A stretch of 24,000 bases of DNA from Pacificispira sp. (GTDB lineage: Bacteria; Pseudomonadota; Alphaproteobacteria; UBA8366; Aestuariispiraceae), in the NCBI GenBank assembly GCA_965229685.1, contig OZ245920.1, forward strand, positions 667,954 to 691,953, given 5' to 3'. A program made the position numbers and the translations under genes. Shown here one piece after another: positions 1-8,402 of this stretch. Position 1 is the first letter of the stretch. Every line of letters begins with the position of its first letter. The notes beneath the pieces were generated by a model, which saw nothing but the letters and a program-made list of their open reading frames with translations, did not search any database and was not told where the DNA came from.

Positions 1-527
1 TGGGCGGCGCGGTGCTAAGCACCAACAAGTATATCAAGGACGTGTTTGAACCGTTCTATCGCCATACCGGCCCATCGATGAGTCCGTTCAACGCCTGGAT
101 CATGGTCAAGGGGCTGGAAACGCTGCCGCTGCGGGTCGAGCGGATGTGTGCGAATGCCGACCGGATCGCGCACTTCCTGGAGGCCCATGACGGCGTGCAG
201 GCCGTTCGGTATCCGGGCCTGGAAAGCCACCCGCAGCATGCGCTGGCAAAACGTCAGATGAGCGGGTTCGGGACGCTGGTCACCTTTACGGTGCCGGGCG
301 GGAAGCCGCGCGCATTCGACATTCTGAACCGGCTGCGCCTGTGGGATATCTCCAATAACCTTGGTGACGCCAAGAGCCTCGTGACCCATCCGGCGACAAC
401 AACCCACCAGCGGCTGAAGCCGGAGGAACGGTCCCATCTGGGCATCGATGACGGCACGATCCGACTGTCCGTCGGTCTGGAGGATGTCGAGGATCTGTTG
501 GAAGACCTGGACGCCGCGCTGTCCTGA
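1..527 (+). CDS. metZ: Cys/Met-metabolism PLP-dependent enzyme, O-succinylhomoserine sulfhydrylase-like; C-terminal part only (5' end lies outside the window)
   Basis: The reading frame of ORF 12..527 stays open to the window edge. The translation carries C-terminal family motifs (FNAWIMVKGLETLPLRVERM, NLGDAKSLVTHPATTTHQRL, IRLSVGLEDVEDLLEDL). A strong hairpin terminator follows. Confidence 0.8.
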   Translation, partial: GGAVLSTNKYIKDVFEPFYRHTGPSMSPFNAWIMVKGLETLPLRVERMCANADRIAHFLEAHDGVQAVRYPGLESHPQHALAKRQMSGFGTLVTFTVPGGKPRAFDILNRLRLWDISNNLGDAKSLVTHPATTTHQRLKPEERSHLGIDDGTIRLSVGLEDVEDLLEDLDAALS

Positions 528-550
528 TCGACCGCTTCGGTCCTGAATGC

Positions 551-580
551 AAAAGGGCCGGCCCCGGGGGCCGGCCCTTT
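551..580. terminator. Bidirectional rho-independent terminator between convergent genes
   Basis: AAAA-GGGCCGGCCC-cgg-GGGCCGGCCC-TTT: a 10-bp GC stem flanked by an A-run and a T-run. It sits between the metZ-like stop (527) and the stop of the minus-strand binding-protein gene (599). Confidence 0.8.
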
Positions 581-598
581 CCTGTGCGGACTGTCGGA

Positions 599-1645
599 TC
601 AGGATTTCAACTTGGTCCAGACCCGCTCGCGAAGCTGTTTCGAGGCCGGGCTGCACTGCTTGAAGCCTGACAGGCGCTCGCCGAATTCCTCCGGCATGTT
701 GACCGCCGGATCGGCCGAAAGGCTCTCGTTCAGGAACGCGCCGGAACCCTTGATGGCGTTGGAATAGCCGGTGTAGTTCGATGCAATGGCCGCATTCTGC
801 GGGTCCATCATCCAGTTCACGAAGGCTTTCGCCGCGTCCATGTTCGGCGCGTTTGCCGGAACCGCCAGCGTATCGGTCCAGAAGGTCACGCCTTCTTTCG
901 GATAGACATAGACCGCATCCGGCTTGTTCTTCTTCACGCGATGCGCGGCACCGTTCCATTGCATGTGGACCGCGACCTCGCCGGCGGACATCCGGTCGAT
1001 CGTCCCGTCGTTCGAATAGACCTTCACATGCGGTTTCTGGGCCATCAGCAGGTCGAGGATCTTCTGGGCATCGCCGGAATCCTCGGTGCATTTGTCGACG
1101 CCGAGATAGTATGCGGCGGCGTTCCAGACGTCGCTCATCTCGTTCAGCATCGCGATATTGCCCTTCAGTTCGTCGCGCGGCTCGAACAGTTCCTTCCAGC
1201 TTTGCTCAAGCTCACCGCCCGGCACCATGGCCGGATCGTAGGTGAAACCGGTCGTTCCCCACATGTAGGGCGCCGAATAGGACCGGTCGGGATCGACGGA
1301 CAGCGTCTGGAACGGCGGCAGGACATTGCCGAAATTCGCCATCTGATTGACGCCGATATTCGCGACCAGACCCTTTTCGATCATTGTGCCGAGCGTGGTC
1401 GGACCGGGAAAGATCACGTCATATCCGCCGCCGCCGGCCTGCAGTTTGGCCAGAAGATCCTCTTCCGAGGCGTAATTGTCGATCGTGACCGTGACACCCG
1501 TCTCGGCCTCGTATTTCTCCAGAAGCTCCGGCGGGAAGTAGTTGGACCAGTTGTAGAGATGCAGTTCCTGCGCCGACGCGGCGCCTCCGAGGGACAGCCC
1601 CAGCGCTACCGTGAGGCCCCCAAGGATTTGGGACATTCTTGACAT
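599..1645 (-). CDS. ABC transporter periplasmic substrate-binding protein, polyamine (PotD/PotF) type
   Basis: 348-aa ORF with a Sec signal peptide (MSRMSQILGGLTVALGLSLGGAASAQE). PotD/PotF-like motifs are present (LHLYNWSNYFPPELLEKYEAETGVTV, YMWGTTGFTYD). A GGGAG Shine-Dalgarno lies about 6 nt upstream of ATG 1645. Confidence 0.85.
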   Translation of the reverse strand: MSRMSQILGGLTVALGLSLGGAASAQELHLYNWSNYFPPELLEKYEAETGVTVTIDNYASEEDLLAKLQAGGGGYDVIFPGPTTLGTMIEKGLVANIGVNQMANFGNVLPPFQTLSVDPDRSYSAPYMWGTTGFTYDPAMVPGGELEQSWKELFEPRDELKGNIAMLNEMSDVWNAAAYYLGVDKCTEDSGDAQKILDLLMAQKPHVKVYSNDGTIDRMSAGEVAVHMQWNGAAHRVKKNKPDAVYVYPKEGVTFWTDTLAVPANAPNMDAAKAFVNWMMDPQNAAIASNYTGYSNAIKGSGAFLNESLSADPAVNMPEEFGERLSGFKQCSPASKQLRERVWTKLKS

Positions 1646-1680
1646 TATCGTCTCCCGTTTTCCTGTTGCGAGGACGGCCG

Positions 1681-2520
1681 TTATCTGTGCTGTGTCTGCC
1701 CGCGTCCTCTACCGAGCAGAAGTGAAAGCGAGACGAGCGCCACCGAAACCAGCAGCATGATCGACGAGATCGCATTGACCTCCGGCGAAACGCCGACCCG
1801 GATCAGTCCGAAAATGTAGATCGGCAACGTCGTCGATCCGGCGCCGCCGACAAAGAAGGTGGTGACGAAATCATCCAGTGAGATGATGAAGGCCAGCACC
1901 GCGCCGGAGATGATCCCCGGCATGATCAGTGGCAGTGTAACCTTCCGAAAGGCGGCGCCCGGTGTTGCGTAGAGGTCCCCCGCCGCTTCGATCAGGCGCG
2001 GATCGAGGCCTTCCAGCCGGGCCCGGATCGGCAGATAGGCGAAGGGGATGCAGAAGACCGTATGGGCGATCATGACGGTGATCAGGCCCTGGGTGATGCC
2101 GACCATCGCGAAGAACATCAGCGTCGCGACGGCAGTGACGATTTCCGGAACCGTCAGGGGGAGGGCGATCATGACATTCATCGCCGACTGTCCCGTGAAC
2201 CGGTCCCGCGCCATGCGCACCGCCGCCAAGGTGGCGAGCGAGGTCGACGCCGTGGCCGCCACCACGGCGATGATCAGGGAGTTCTTCGCCGCGCGCAGCA
2301 TTTCCTCGTTCTGCAGAGCCTTGATGTACCAGTCGACGGAAAAGCCCGACCAGATTGTCACCAATTCGTTGGCGTTGAAGGACAGCGCGATCAGGACCGC
2401 GATCGGCAGATAGACATAGGCGAAGAAGAGGACCGCCATGAAGGCGACCCCAGGCCAGTGCTTCGCATCACCCGGTGCTGCCCGGCGGATCGGCAGTGTC
2501 ATGGCGGATTTGTCCGTCAT
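1681..2520 (-). CDS. ABC transporter permease (PotC/PotI-like)
   Basis: 279-aa multi-TM ORF with an EAA-loop region (LIEAAGDLYATPGAAFRKVTLPLIMPGI). Its start overlaps the stop of the upstream permease by 4 nt (2517-2520). Confidence 0.85.
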   Translation of the reverse strand: MTDKSAMTLPIRRAAPGDAKHWPGVAFMAVLFFAYVYLPIAVLIALSFNANELVTIWSGFSVDWYIKALQNEEMLRAAKNSLIIAVVAATASTSLATLAAVRMARDRFTGQSAMNVMIALPLTVPEIVTAVATLMFFAMVGITQGLITVMIAHTVFCIPFAYLPIRARLEGLDPRLIEAAGDLYATPGAAFRKVTLPLIMPGIISGAVLAFIISLDDFVTTFFVGGAGSTTLPIYIFGLIRVGVSPEVNAISSIMLLVSVALVSLSLLLGRGRGQTQHR

Positions 2521-3431
2521 TGCGTCCCTGCCTTTGGCCGCGCCTTGAGGGCATAGATCGTCATCGCGATCAGGACCAGGGCGAGCAGCGCAAAGCCGAG
2601 CGCCGCGCCGAACGGCCAGTTGCGCGCCGCGCCGAACTGCAGACCGATCAGGTTGCCGATCATCATCGTCTTGCCGCCACCCAGCAGTTCCGGTGTCACG
2701 TAGGAGCCGAGGCAGGGCACGAAAACCAGAATCGATCCGGCGATGATGCCCGGCTTTGCCGCCGGCAGAACGATGTGCCAGAGCGTGCGCACCCGGTTCG
2801 CATAGAGATCGAACGAGGCCTCGATCAGCCGCGGGTCCAGTTTTTCGAGGCTGGCATAGATCGGCAGCACCATGAAGGGCAGGAAGGAATAGGTCAGTCC
2901 GACGGACACCGCGAAACTGTTGTGCAGCAGGGGCAGCGGCTCACCGATCAGCCCCGTCCAGAGAAGGAAGGAATTGATCGTGCCGTGGTCGCGCAGCAGC
3001 AGGATCCAGGCGTAGTTTCGGACCAGCAGATTGGTCCAGAACGGGATGGTTACCAGAAAGACCAGCGTCGCCCGCCATTTCTCCGATCGGGTCGCCATGA
3101 AAAGCGCGGTCGGGAATCCGACCAGCAGCGACAGGGCCGTGGTGATCGCCGAAAGCCAGATCGATCGCAGGATGATCGACAGGTAGTCGAAGTTCCAGGA
3201 CAGGCTGTCATCGAGATTCCGCTCGAAGATGAAGCGCAGATAGGCTTCCGCAGAGTAACTGTCCCAGACCACGCTGCCGGAGAAGTCGCGCTCGTGGATC
3301 GAAATCCAGGCCATCAGAAGCAACGGCACGACCATGAAGATACCGATTGCCAGCGCAGCCGGACCGATCAGCAATGCCCTGGCGCGCCATGCGCCGCCTC
3401 GCCGTCTGCCCGCCGATTCCGATACGGCCAT
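2517..3431 (-). CDS. ABC transporter permease (PotB/PotH-like); start uncertain
   Basis: Multi-TM ORF with an EAA loop (LIEASFDLYANRVRTLWHIVLPAAKPGI). The track ORF opens at a TTG at 3551. The first ATG (3431, MAVSESAGRRRGG...) gives a normal short cytoplasmic N-terminus before TM1. Neither start has a convincing SD. Confidence 0.8.
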   Translation of the reverse strand: MAVSESAGRRRGGAWRARALLIGPAALAIGIFMVVPLLLMAWISIHERDFSGSVVWDSYSAEAYLRFIFERNLDDSLSWNFDYLSIILRSIWLSAITTALSLLVGFPTALFMATRSEKWRATLVFLVTIPFWTNLLVRNYAWILLLRDHGTINSFLLWTGLIGEPLPLLHNSFAVSVGLTYSFLPFMVLPIYASLEKLDPRLIEASFDLYANRVRTLWHIVLPAAKPGIIAGSILVFVPCLGSYVTPELLGGGKTMMIGNLIGLQFGAARNWPFGAALGFALLALVLIAMTIYALKARPKAGTQ

Positions 3432-3762
3432 TGTTGCTCGCGGAGACGGATCGGTCCCGCCGCCGCTCTGTCGCGGCAGTTGGTTTCGCGTTCCGAATCC
3501 ACGCCTTGTTTGGTTTTCCCGTCGTACTCGCAACTCCACGGTAGGGGACAACGACAGTTATTCCAAGTTTTTTTATGCAATCGGTCAAATAAACCCGGAG
3601 GCGCGGGCATCTTGCCCGATGTAAGTGAATGCAGCGGGTGGTTTGTTTCGCCGCGTCACAACTCTTTGGCACCGGTCCGATTGGCGATAATGGCCATTGC
3701 GGCGGAAAGCCCACCGCGTTAGGGAGCATGGGTCCGCGCCGGACGACCCAAGGATTACTCTC

Positions 3763-4998
3763 ATGTCCGAAACCCTGTCGATGCCTTCCGAGGCGGACAG
3801 CCGTTATGCATGGCTGCGCCTGTTCATAAGCCTGATCGTCAGCACGATTGGCGGCATCGGCCTGTGGTCTTCGGTGGTTGTCCTTCCGGAGATTGAGGCG
3901 GAATTCGGCATCGACCGGGGCGGCGCCTCCTTTCCCTATATGGCGACGATGATCGGCTTCGCGGCCGGTGGCATCCTGATGGGCCGACTGGTCGACAGGT
4001 TCGGTATCGCGGTTCCTGTCTGTATCGCAGCGGTCATGCTGGGAATCGGGTACGTCCTGTCCGCCTTCGCGACCAGTTTCTGGATGTTCGTGGCCTGCCA
4101 GGCGCTGCTGATCGGGATGCTGGGTAGTTCGGCCACCTTTGCGCCGATGGTTGCCGACACGTCGCACTGGTTCCTCAGACATCGCGGGATCGCGGTCGCA
4201 ATCGTGGCCAGCGGCAACTATCTGTCCGGCACGGTCTGGCCGCCGGTCCTTCAGTTTGGGATCGAACTGGTAGGCTGGCGCGAAACCCATATCTGGGTCG
4301 GACTCTTCTGTGTCGCGACGATGGTTCCCCTGTCGATGCTGCTGCGGCGCCGGCCGCAGGTGGATCAGGGACATGCCCCTGTCGCCCGGCGCGCGGCAAC
4401 GGGCGCCGCACCGGCGTCACCGACGGTGCTGCTGACGATGTTGGCGCTGGCAGGGGTTGCCTGCTGTGTCGCCATGTCTATGCCGCAGGTGCACATTATC
4501 GCCTATTGCGGTGATCTGGGTTACGGACCCGCCGTCGGTGCGGAGATGCTGTCCCTGATGCTGGGTCTCGGCATCGTGAGCCGCCTGATATCCGGCGTCA
4601 TCGCGGACCGGATCGGCGGGATCGGTACCCTGATCCTGGGGTCGGCGCTGCAATGCCTTGCGCTGTTGTTCTATCTGCCGTTCGACGGGTTGATATCGCT
4701 GTATCTCGTGTCGGCCCTGTTCGGCCTGTCCCAGGGCGGCATCGTGCCCAGCTATGCCCTGATCGTCCGGGAGTATTTTCCGGCGCGCCAGGCCGGGACG
4801 CGGGTTTCGATCGTGCTGATGGCGACTGTGTTCGGCATGGCGCTGGGCGGGTGGATGTCCGGGGAGATATACGATCTGACGGGCAACTATCAAGCCGCCT
4901 TCCTGAACGGCATTCTGTGGAACCTGTTCAACATGGGAATTGCCGCCTGGCTGCTGATGAGCCGCATTCGGTCCGGTCGCGGCATGGCCCCGGCCTGA
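3763..4998 (+). CDS. MFS transporter (oxalate/formate antiporter-like subfamily by motif)
   Basis: Hydrophobic 12-TM-like profile with GRLVDRFG and GVIADRIGG loop motifs. ATG 3763 is preceded by AAGGA 8 nt upstream. The upstream 22 codons of track ORF 3697.. are basic, non-membrane sequence. Confidence 0.8.
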   Translation: MSETLSMPSEADSRYAWLRLFISLIVSTIGGIGLWSSVVVLPEIEAEFGIDRGGASFPYMATMIGFAAGGILMGRLVDRFGIAVPVCIAAVMLGIGYVLSAFATSFWMFVACQALLIGMLGSSATFAPMVADTSHWFLRHRGIAVAIVASGNYLSGTVWPPVLQFGIELVGWRETHIWVGLFCVATMVPLSMLLRRRPQVDQGHAPVARRAATGAAPASPTVLLTMLALAGVACCVAMSMPQVHIIAYCGDLGYGPAVGAEMLSLMLGLGIVSRLISGVIADRIGGIGTLILGSALQCLALLFYLPFDGLISLYLVSALFGLSQGGIVPSYALIVREYFPARQAGTRVSIVLMATVFGMALGGWMSGEIYDLTGNYQAAFLNGILWNLFNMGIAAWLLMSRIRSGRGMAPA

Positions 4999-5013
4999 TC
5001 GGGATACCGGAGT

Positions 5014-6678
5014 TTAGTGCAACTGGGTCATGGCGGCGGGGGGGACCACGCGATGTCCGGGCATTCGAACGATCGCGTTGGTGCCTTTGCCCGGTTCGCT
5101 TTCCAGGTGAACGCTGCCGCCATGAAGTTCGCACAGCTTGCGCGCAATCGGCAGGCCCAGGCCCGTGCCCTCGACCGCCATCTGCTGGGCGGAGTCGAGC
5201 CGCTGGAAACTTTCGAAGGCCTGTTCCAGGCGATCCGGCTCGATACCCGGTCCGGAATCCCCTACGACGATCTCGAAACTGCCATCGTCCATCAGGCGTG
5301 ACGTGATCAGAATCCGGCCTCCGATGAAGGAGAACTTCACCGCGTTGGCCAGCAGGTTGATCAGGATCTGTTCCAGCTTCACCTCGTCGGCTCTGAGCCA
5401 GACGTCCTCGGTATCGCTTTCGGTCTGGAACTTGATCGACTTCCGGCGCGCCCGATCCGACAGGATCGCGAGACTGTCGGCAACGACCGTATCGGGCATG
5501 AACACGGTTTCCCGCAGGGTTTCCTGTCCCGCCTCGATCTTTGACAGATCCAGTATGTCCGAAACCAGACGCAGCAGGTGCTGGCCGCTTCGATGAATGT
5601 CATCGGCATACTCGGCGTAGCGGTCGTGACCGATCGGCCCGAGATGCTGTTCTTTGAGGATGTCGGAAAAGCCGATGATCGCGTTGAGCGGCGTGCGCAG
5701 TTCGTGGCTCATATTGGCGACGAACTGGGATTTGGCGCGGCTGGCGGCCTCTGCGTCCCGGCGCGCCTCCAGCAGGGAGATTTCGGTGACCTTCAGATCG
5801 CTGACGTCCCGGGCGGAGACGATGACAACGGGCTCACCCTCCAGCTGGATCAACCTGCCGCGGATTTCCGTCGGAAAACGGGTGCCGTCCTTTCGGACAT
5901 GGACACCCTCCTGGACGACCAGCTTGCCAAGCCGTGCCTTGCGCCAGTTTTCCATCACCAGTTCGCACGGTATGGCCACTTCGACATCGCCGACGGACAT
6001 CTGCAGCAGTTCGTCCCGGCTGTATCCCAACGCCGCGCAGGCCTGTTCGTTCACGTCAAGAAAATGTCCGTCGAGATCGTGAATGAAGATGGCATCGGCA
6101 ATCTCGTCGATGACGGTCCGGTAGCGCATCTGGCTGTGACGCAGGGCATCCTGGGCACGTTGTTCAATCAACGTGGCGCCGATCCGTTGTGCCAGCAGCC
6201 GGAAAGTGATCTCGGTTCCGGGGCCCAGCGCAATCGGGTCCGTGTCGATCGCAAAGACATGCGCGAAGACCTGGCCCTCCGGATCGTAGATCGCCTCTGC
6301 CAGATACCCCTCGACACCGAGAGCAGTCATGAAATCCGGTGCGTGAAATCGGGTGGAGACTTCAGCCGGGAAGGCCCGGAAGGGGTCTTTCGGCGATGTG
6401 TTGTAGACGATTTCGCAGGGACCGCTCGCGAAGGAATAGGAAAACGGTACGACGGCCCCCTGACGATCATAGATTTCTCGTACCTCGATGCGGTCGGTAT
6501 CCTCGACCCTGAGCCCGATTCCGGTAAGGCGACAGTCGGTGACGTCTGCCAGAATTTTGAGGATCGCCGGCATGAACTCAGGATCGCCGGGGTTCAGTCG
6601 ATCCAGAGCACGGAGGGCGTTGACTCCGCCCGGAACTGCCATGTCGAGTGTGTCAGTCACATCCGCTCTCCCGGACAT
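5014..6678 (-). CDS. Soluble sensor histidine kinase (N-terminal GAF-like region, PAS, HisKA, HATPase_c)
   Basis: 554 aa. H-box FVANMSHELRTPLNAIIGFSDIL; N-box LINLLANAVKF; G-boxes VGDSGPGI and GTGLGLPIARKL. PAS-like segment YRTVIDEIADAIFIHDLDGHFLDVNEQACAALGYSRDELL. No TM segments and no receiver domain. Confidence 0.9.
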   Translation of the reverse strand: MSGRADVTDTLDMAVPGGVNALRALDRLNPGDPEFMPAILKILADVTDCRLTGIGLRVEDTDRIEVREIYDRQGAVVPFSYSFASGPCEIVYNTSPKDPFRAFPAEVSTRFHAPDFMTALGVEGYLAEAIYDPEGQVFAHVFAIDTDPIALGPGTEITFRLLAQRIGATLIEQRAQDALRHSQMRYRTVIDEIADAIFIHDLDGHFLDVNEQACAALGYSRDELLQMSVGDVEVAIPCELVMENWRKARLGKLVVQEGVHVRKDGTRFPTEIRGRLIQLEGEPVVIVSARDVSDLKVTEISLLEARRDAEAASRAKSQFVANMSHELRTPLNAIIGFSDILKEQHLGPIGHDRYAEYADDIHRSGQHLLRLVSDILDLSKIEAGQETLRETVFMPDTVVADSLAILSDRARRKSIKFQTESDTEDVWLRADEVKLEQILINLLANAVKFSFIGGRILITSRLMDDGSFEIVVGDSGPGIEPDRLEQAFESFQRLDSAQQMAVEGTGLGLPIARKLCELHGGSVHLESEPGKGTNAIVRMPGHRVVPPAAMTQLH

Positions 6679-6789
6679 AGACTAGAACAAAACATGGTTA
6701 ATGGGCTACCAAATATTCGCTTGCACGCATTAAACGTACGGTTTGCGCGCGTAGGTTTACCTACCGCAGGTCGTCGGGTTTCGGGTTTT

Positions 6790-7135
6790 TGTGGGGAAGA
6801 AAGTGGGGGGTTCTGTTGCTGGGTCCCCCAAACCCCACCTGGAAACGGATGAGGTTTCCAGGAATTCCGACTTTGCTACTGAGGCCACTTACGCAGCGAC
6901 AGCAACCATCTCGTCGTTATCATTCGCATTTAGCGATACGGCCCGATAACGGCGGTACCATGCCGGGCGCGGACATCTGCCTTTACCACGCGTGTCGATC
7001 CTGATTCGCCCCCATATGCCGAGGAAATCCTGAGAAATCCTCGGCGAAACTGGTGGAGGCGCCGGGTACTGCCCCCGGGTCCACTACGCTTATTTCGCAG
7101 CGCCCTCTAGCGCCATAGTCGATTGCTCGACAGGG
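6790..7135 (-). ncRNA. ssrA: tmRNA (ssrA), circularly permuted two-piece alphaproteobacterial type; outer ends approximate
   Basis: Read on the minus strand, three parts follow in order.
1) Acceptor piece ending ...GGAC-CCGGG-GGCAGTA-CCCGG-CGCCTCC-ACCA, with the CCA end at 7051.
2) A 37-nt intervening hairpin (7014-7050).
3) Coding piece starting GGGGGCGAATCAGGATCGAC at 7013.
GGGGGCG pairs with CGCCTCC and gives a G3:U wobble, the alanine identity element. The tag frame is GCG AAT GAT AAC GAC GAG ATG GTT GCT GTC GCT GCG TAA = ANDNDEMVAVAA*. Downstream come a hairpin (CCTGGAAAC...GTTTCCAGG) and G/C-run pseudoknot-like repeats. Confidence 0.9.
6889..6927 (-). other. tmRNA proteolysis-tag reading frame (ANDNDEMVAVAA + TAA)
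   Basis: Direct translation of the minus strand. The ANDN...AVAA pattern is the classic alphaproteobacterial SsrA tag shape, and the frame ends in TAA at 6889-6891. Confidence 0.85.
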
Positions 7136-7210
7136 ATACATATAGGCAGTATGACCGCGCGATGAAAGGGGTTTTCAGTTTACCCCGGAATCTCCCTAAA
7201 TGGTGTCGCC

Positions 7211-8005
7211 ATGAAGCAATATCTCGATCTGCTGCGCGATGTGCGCGACAACGGTGTGGTGAAATCCGACCGGACGGGGACGGGGACACGGTCGGTTTTC
7301 GGCCGACAGTTCCGGTTCGACCTGTCCGAGGGCTTCCCTCTGGTCACCACGAAAAAGCTGCATCTGCGGTCCATCATCCATGAACTGCTGTGGTTCCTGC
7401 GCGGCGATACCAATATCGCCTATCTGAAGGAAAACGGCGTTTCGATCTGGGACGAATGGGCCGACGAGAACGGAGATCTCGGGCCGGTCTACGGTAAGCA
7501 ATGGCGGTCCTGGGCCGCGCCCGACGGGCGCAGCATCGACCAGATGCGGATCCTGATCGACGGATTGAAGCGCAATCCCGACAGTCGGCGCCATATGTTG
7601 AGTGCCTGGAACCCCGCCGATATCGACGACATGGCCCTACCGCCCTGCCATTGTCTGTTCCAGTTCTATGTGGCCGATGGGAAGCTGAGTTGTCAGCTCT
7701 ATCAGCGCAGCGCTGACATTTTCCTGGGGGTGCCGTTCAACATCGCGTCCTATGCGCTGTTGACGATGATGGTGGCCCAGGGCGTCGGACTGCGGCCCGG
7801 AGAGTTCGTGCATACCTTCGGGGATGCCCATCTCTACCTGAACCATCTGGAACAGGCCGATCTGCAGCTTTCCCGGACACCGCGCCATCTGCCCACCATG
7901 ACCATCAACCCGGATATCGATGATGTCTTCGCCTTCCGGTTCGAGGATTTCGAACTGTCCGATTACGACCCGCATCCGCATATCGCGGCACCCGTGGCGG
8001 TCTGA
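7211..8005 (+). CDS. thyA: Thymidylate synthase
   Basis: 264 aa with near-canonical ThyA sequence: [11 protein letters not shown]..., [29 protein letters not shown], active-site [11 protein letters not shown], and [16 protein letters not shown]. Confidence 0.97.
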   Translation: MKQYLDLLRDVRDNGVVKSDRTGTGTRSVFGRQFRFDLSEGFPLVTTKKLHLRSIIHELLWFLRGDTNIAYLKENGVSIWDEWADENGDLGPVYGKQWRSWAAPDGRSIDQMRILIDGLKRNPDSRRHMLSAWNPADIDDMALPPCHCLFQFYVADGKLSCQLYQRSADIFLGVPFNIASYALLTMMVAQGVGLRPGEFVHTFGDAHLYLNHLEQADLQLSRTPRHLPTMTINPDIDDVFAFRFEDFELSDYDPHPHIAAPVAV

Positions 8006-8024
8006 CATGTGGGCGGACTGACTC

Positions 8025-8402
8025 ATGGCGGTCAGCGCAGAGCTGATGGACTGGCTGGCGGAGCGCTTCGCGCCGCTGGGACCGGTGCATCGCAAGCGTC
8101 TGTTCGGCGGCATGTGCTTCTATCTGGATGATGCGATGTTCGCCGCCGTGCTGCGCGACACGCTTTACTTCAAATGCGATGCGGATACCGCGGAAGCCTT
8201 CGACGCGGCCTGCTGTGAGCCGTTCGAATATGACAAGAAGGGCGGTACGACCGTGGTGCCCGCCTTCCGGCGCTGTCCGGATTCCGCCATGGATGATGAG
8301 GATGAGTTGCTCGACTGGGCGCGTCTTGGGATTGAGGCGGGGCGGCGGACCGCGATCGAAAAGGCGCGCAAGGCCGCCCGGAAGAAGGCGAGGAAGAAAT
8401 GA
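8025..8402 (+). CDS. TfoX/Sxy N-terminal-domain protein with a Lys/Arg-rich tail
   Basis: 125 aa. The RLFGGMCFYLDDAMFAAVLRDTLYFKCD...FEYDKKGGTTVVPAFRRCPDSAMDDEDELLDWARL pattern matches the TfoX_N fold family. C-terminus is EKARKAARKKARKK. Its stop overlaps the folA start (ATGA at 8399-8402). Confidence 0.75.
   Translation: MAVSAELMDWLAERFAPLGPVHRKRLFGGMCFYLDDAMFAAVLRDTLYFKCDADTAEAFDAACCEPFEYDKKGGTTVVPAFRRCPDSAMDDEDELLDWARLGIEAGRRTAIEKARKAARKKARKK

Noticed and set aside
15-1091. 358-aa minus-strand ORF spanning the metZ-like gene and part of the binding-protein gene
   Set aside because: It runs antisense to, or out of frame with, two motif-supported genes. The translation is Arg/Pro/Gly-rich low-complexity sequence typical of shadow ORFs in GC-rich DNA, and it crosses a strong terminator hairpin.
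2475-3722. 415-aa plus-strand ORF
   Set aside because: It is antisense to the PotB-like permease. The composition is Arg/Gln/Asp-rich with no recognisable domain, so I treat it as a shadow ORF.
3208-4374. 388-aa minus-strand ORF
   Set aside because: It overlaps the divergent promoter region and runs antisense to the MFS transporter, which has a clear TM profile. I treat it as a shadow ORF.
5578-6852. 424-aa plus-strand ORF
   Set aside because: It is antisense to the histidine kinase, which has unambiguous H/N/G boxes, and it runs on into the tmRNA gene.
7051-7095. Possible tRNA gene on the minus strand (T-arm-like stem plus an ...CCACCA end)
   Set aside because: There is no anticodon arm or D arm upstream. 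The matching 5' acceptor strand lies downstream, which is the permuted order, so this is the tRNA-like domain of the two-piece tmRNA and not a tRNA.
6680-7210. Genomic island or integrase at the ssrA locus
   Set aside because: tmRNA genes are frequent island integration sites. Here, however, ssrA is flanked directly by a histidine kinase and thyA. I see no integrase, no direct repeat of the ssrA 3' end and no compositional shift.
6789-7289. Small ORFs 6789-7004(+), 7107-7289(-) and 7123-7383(+)
   Set aside because: They overlap the tmRNA gene, its promoter region and the thyA 5' end. The RNA-gene evidence is much stronger: acceptor stem with G:U, CCA end and the tag frame.
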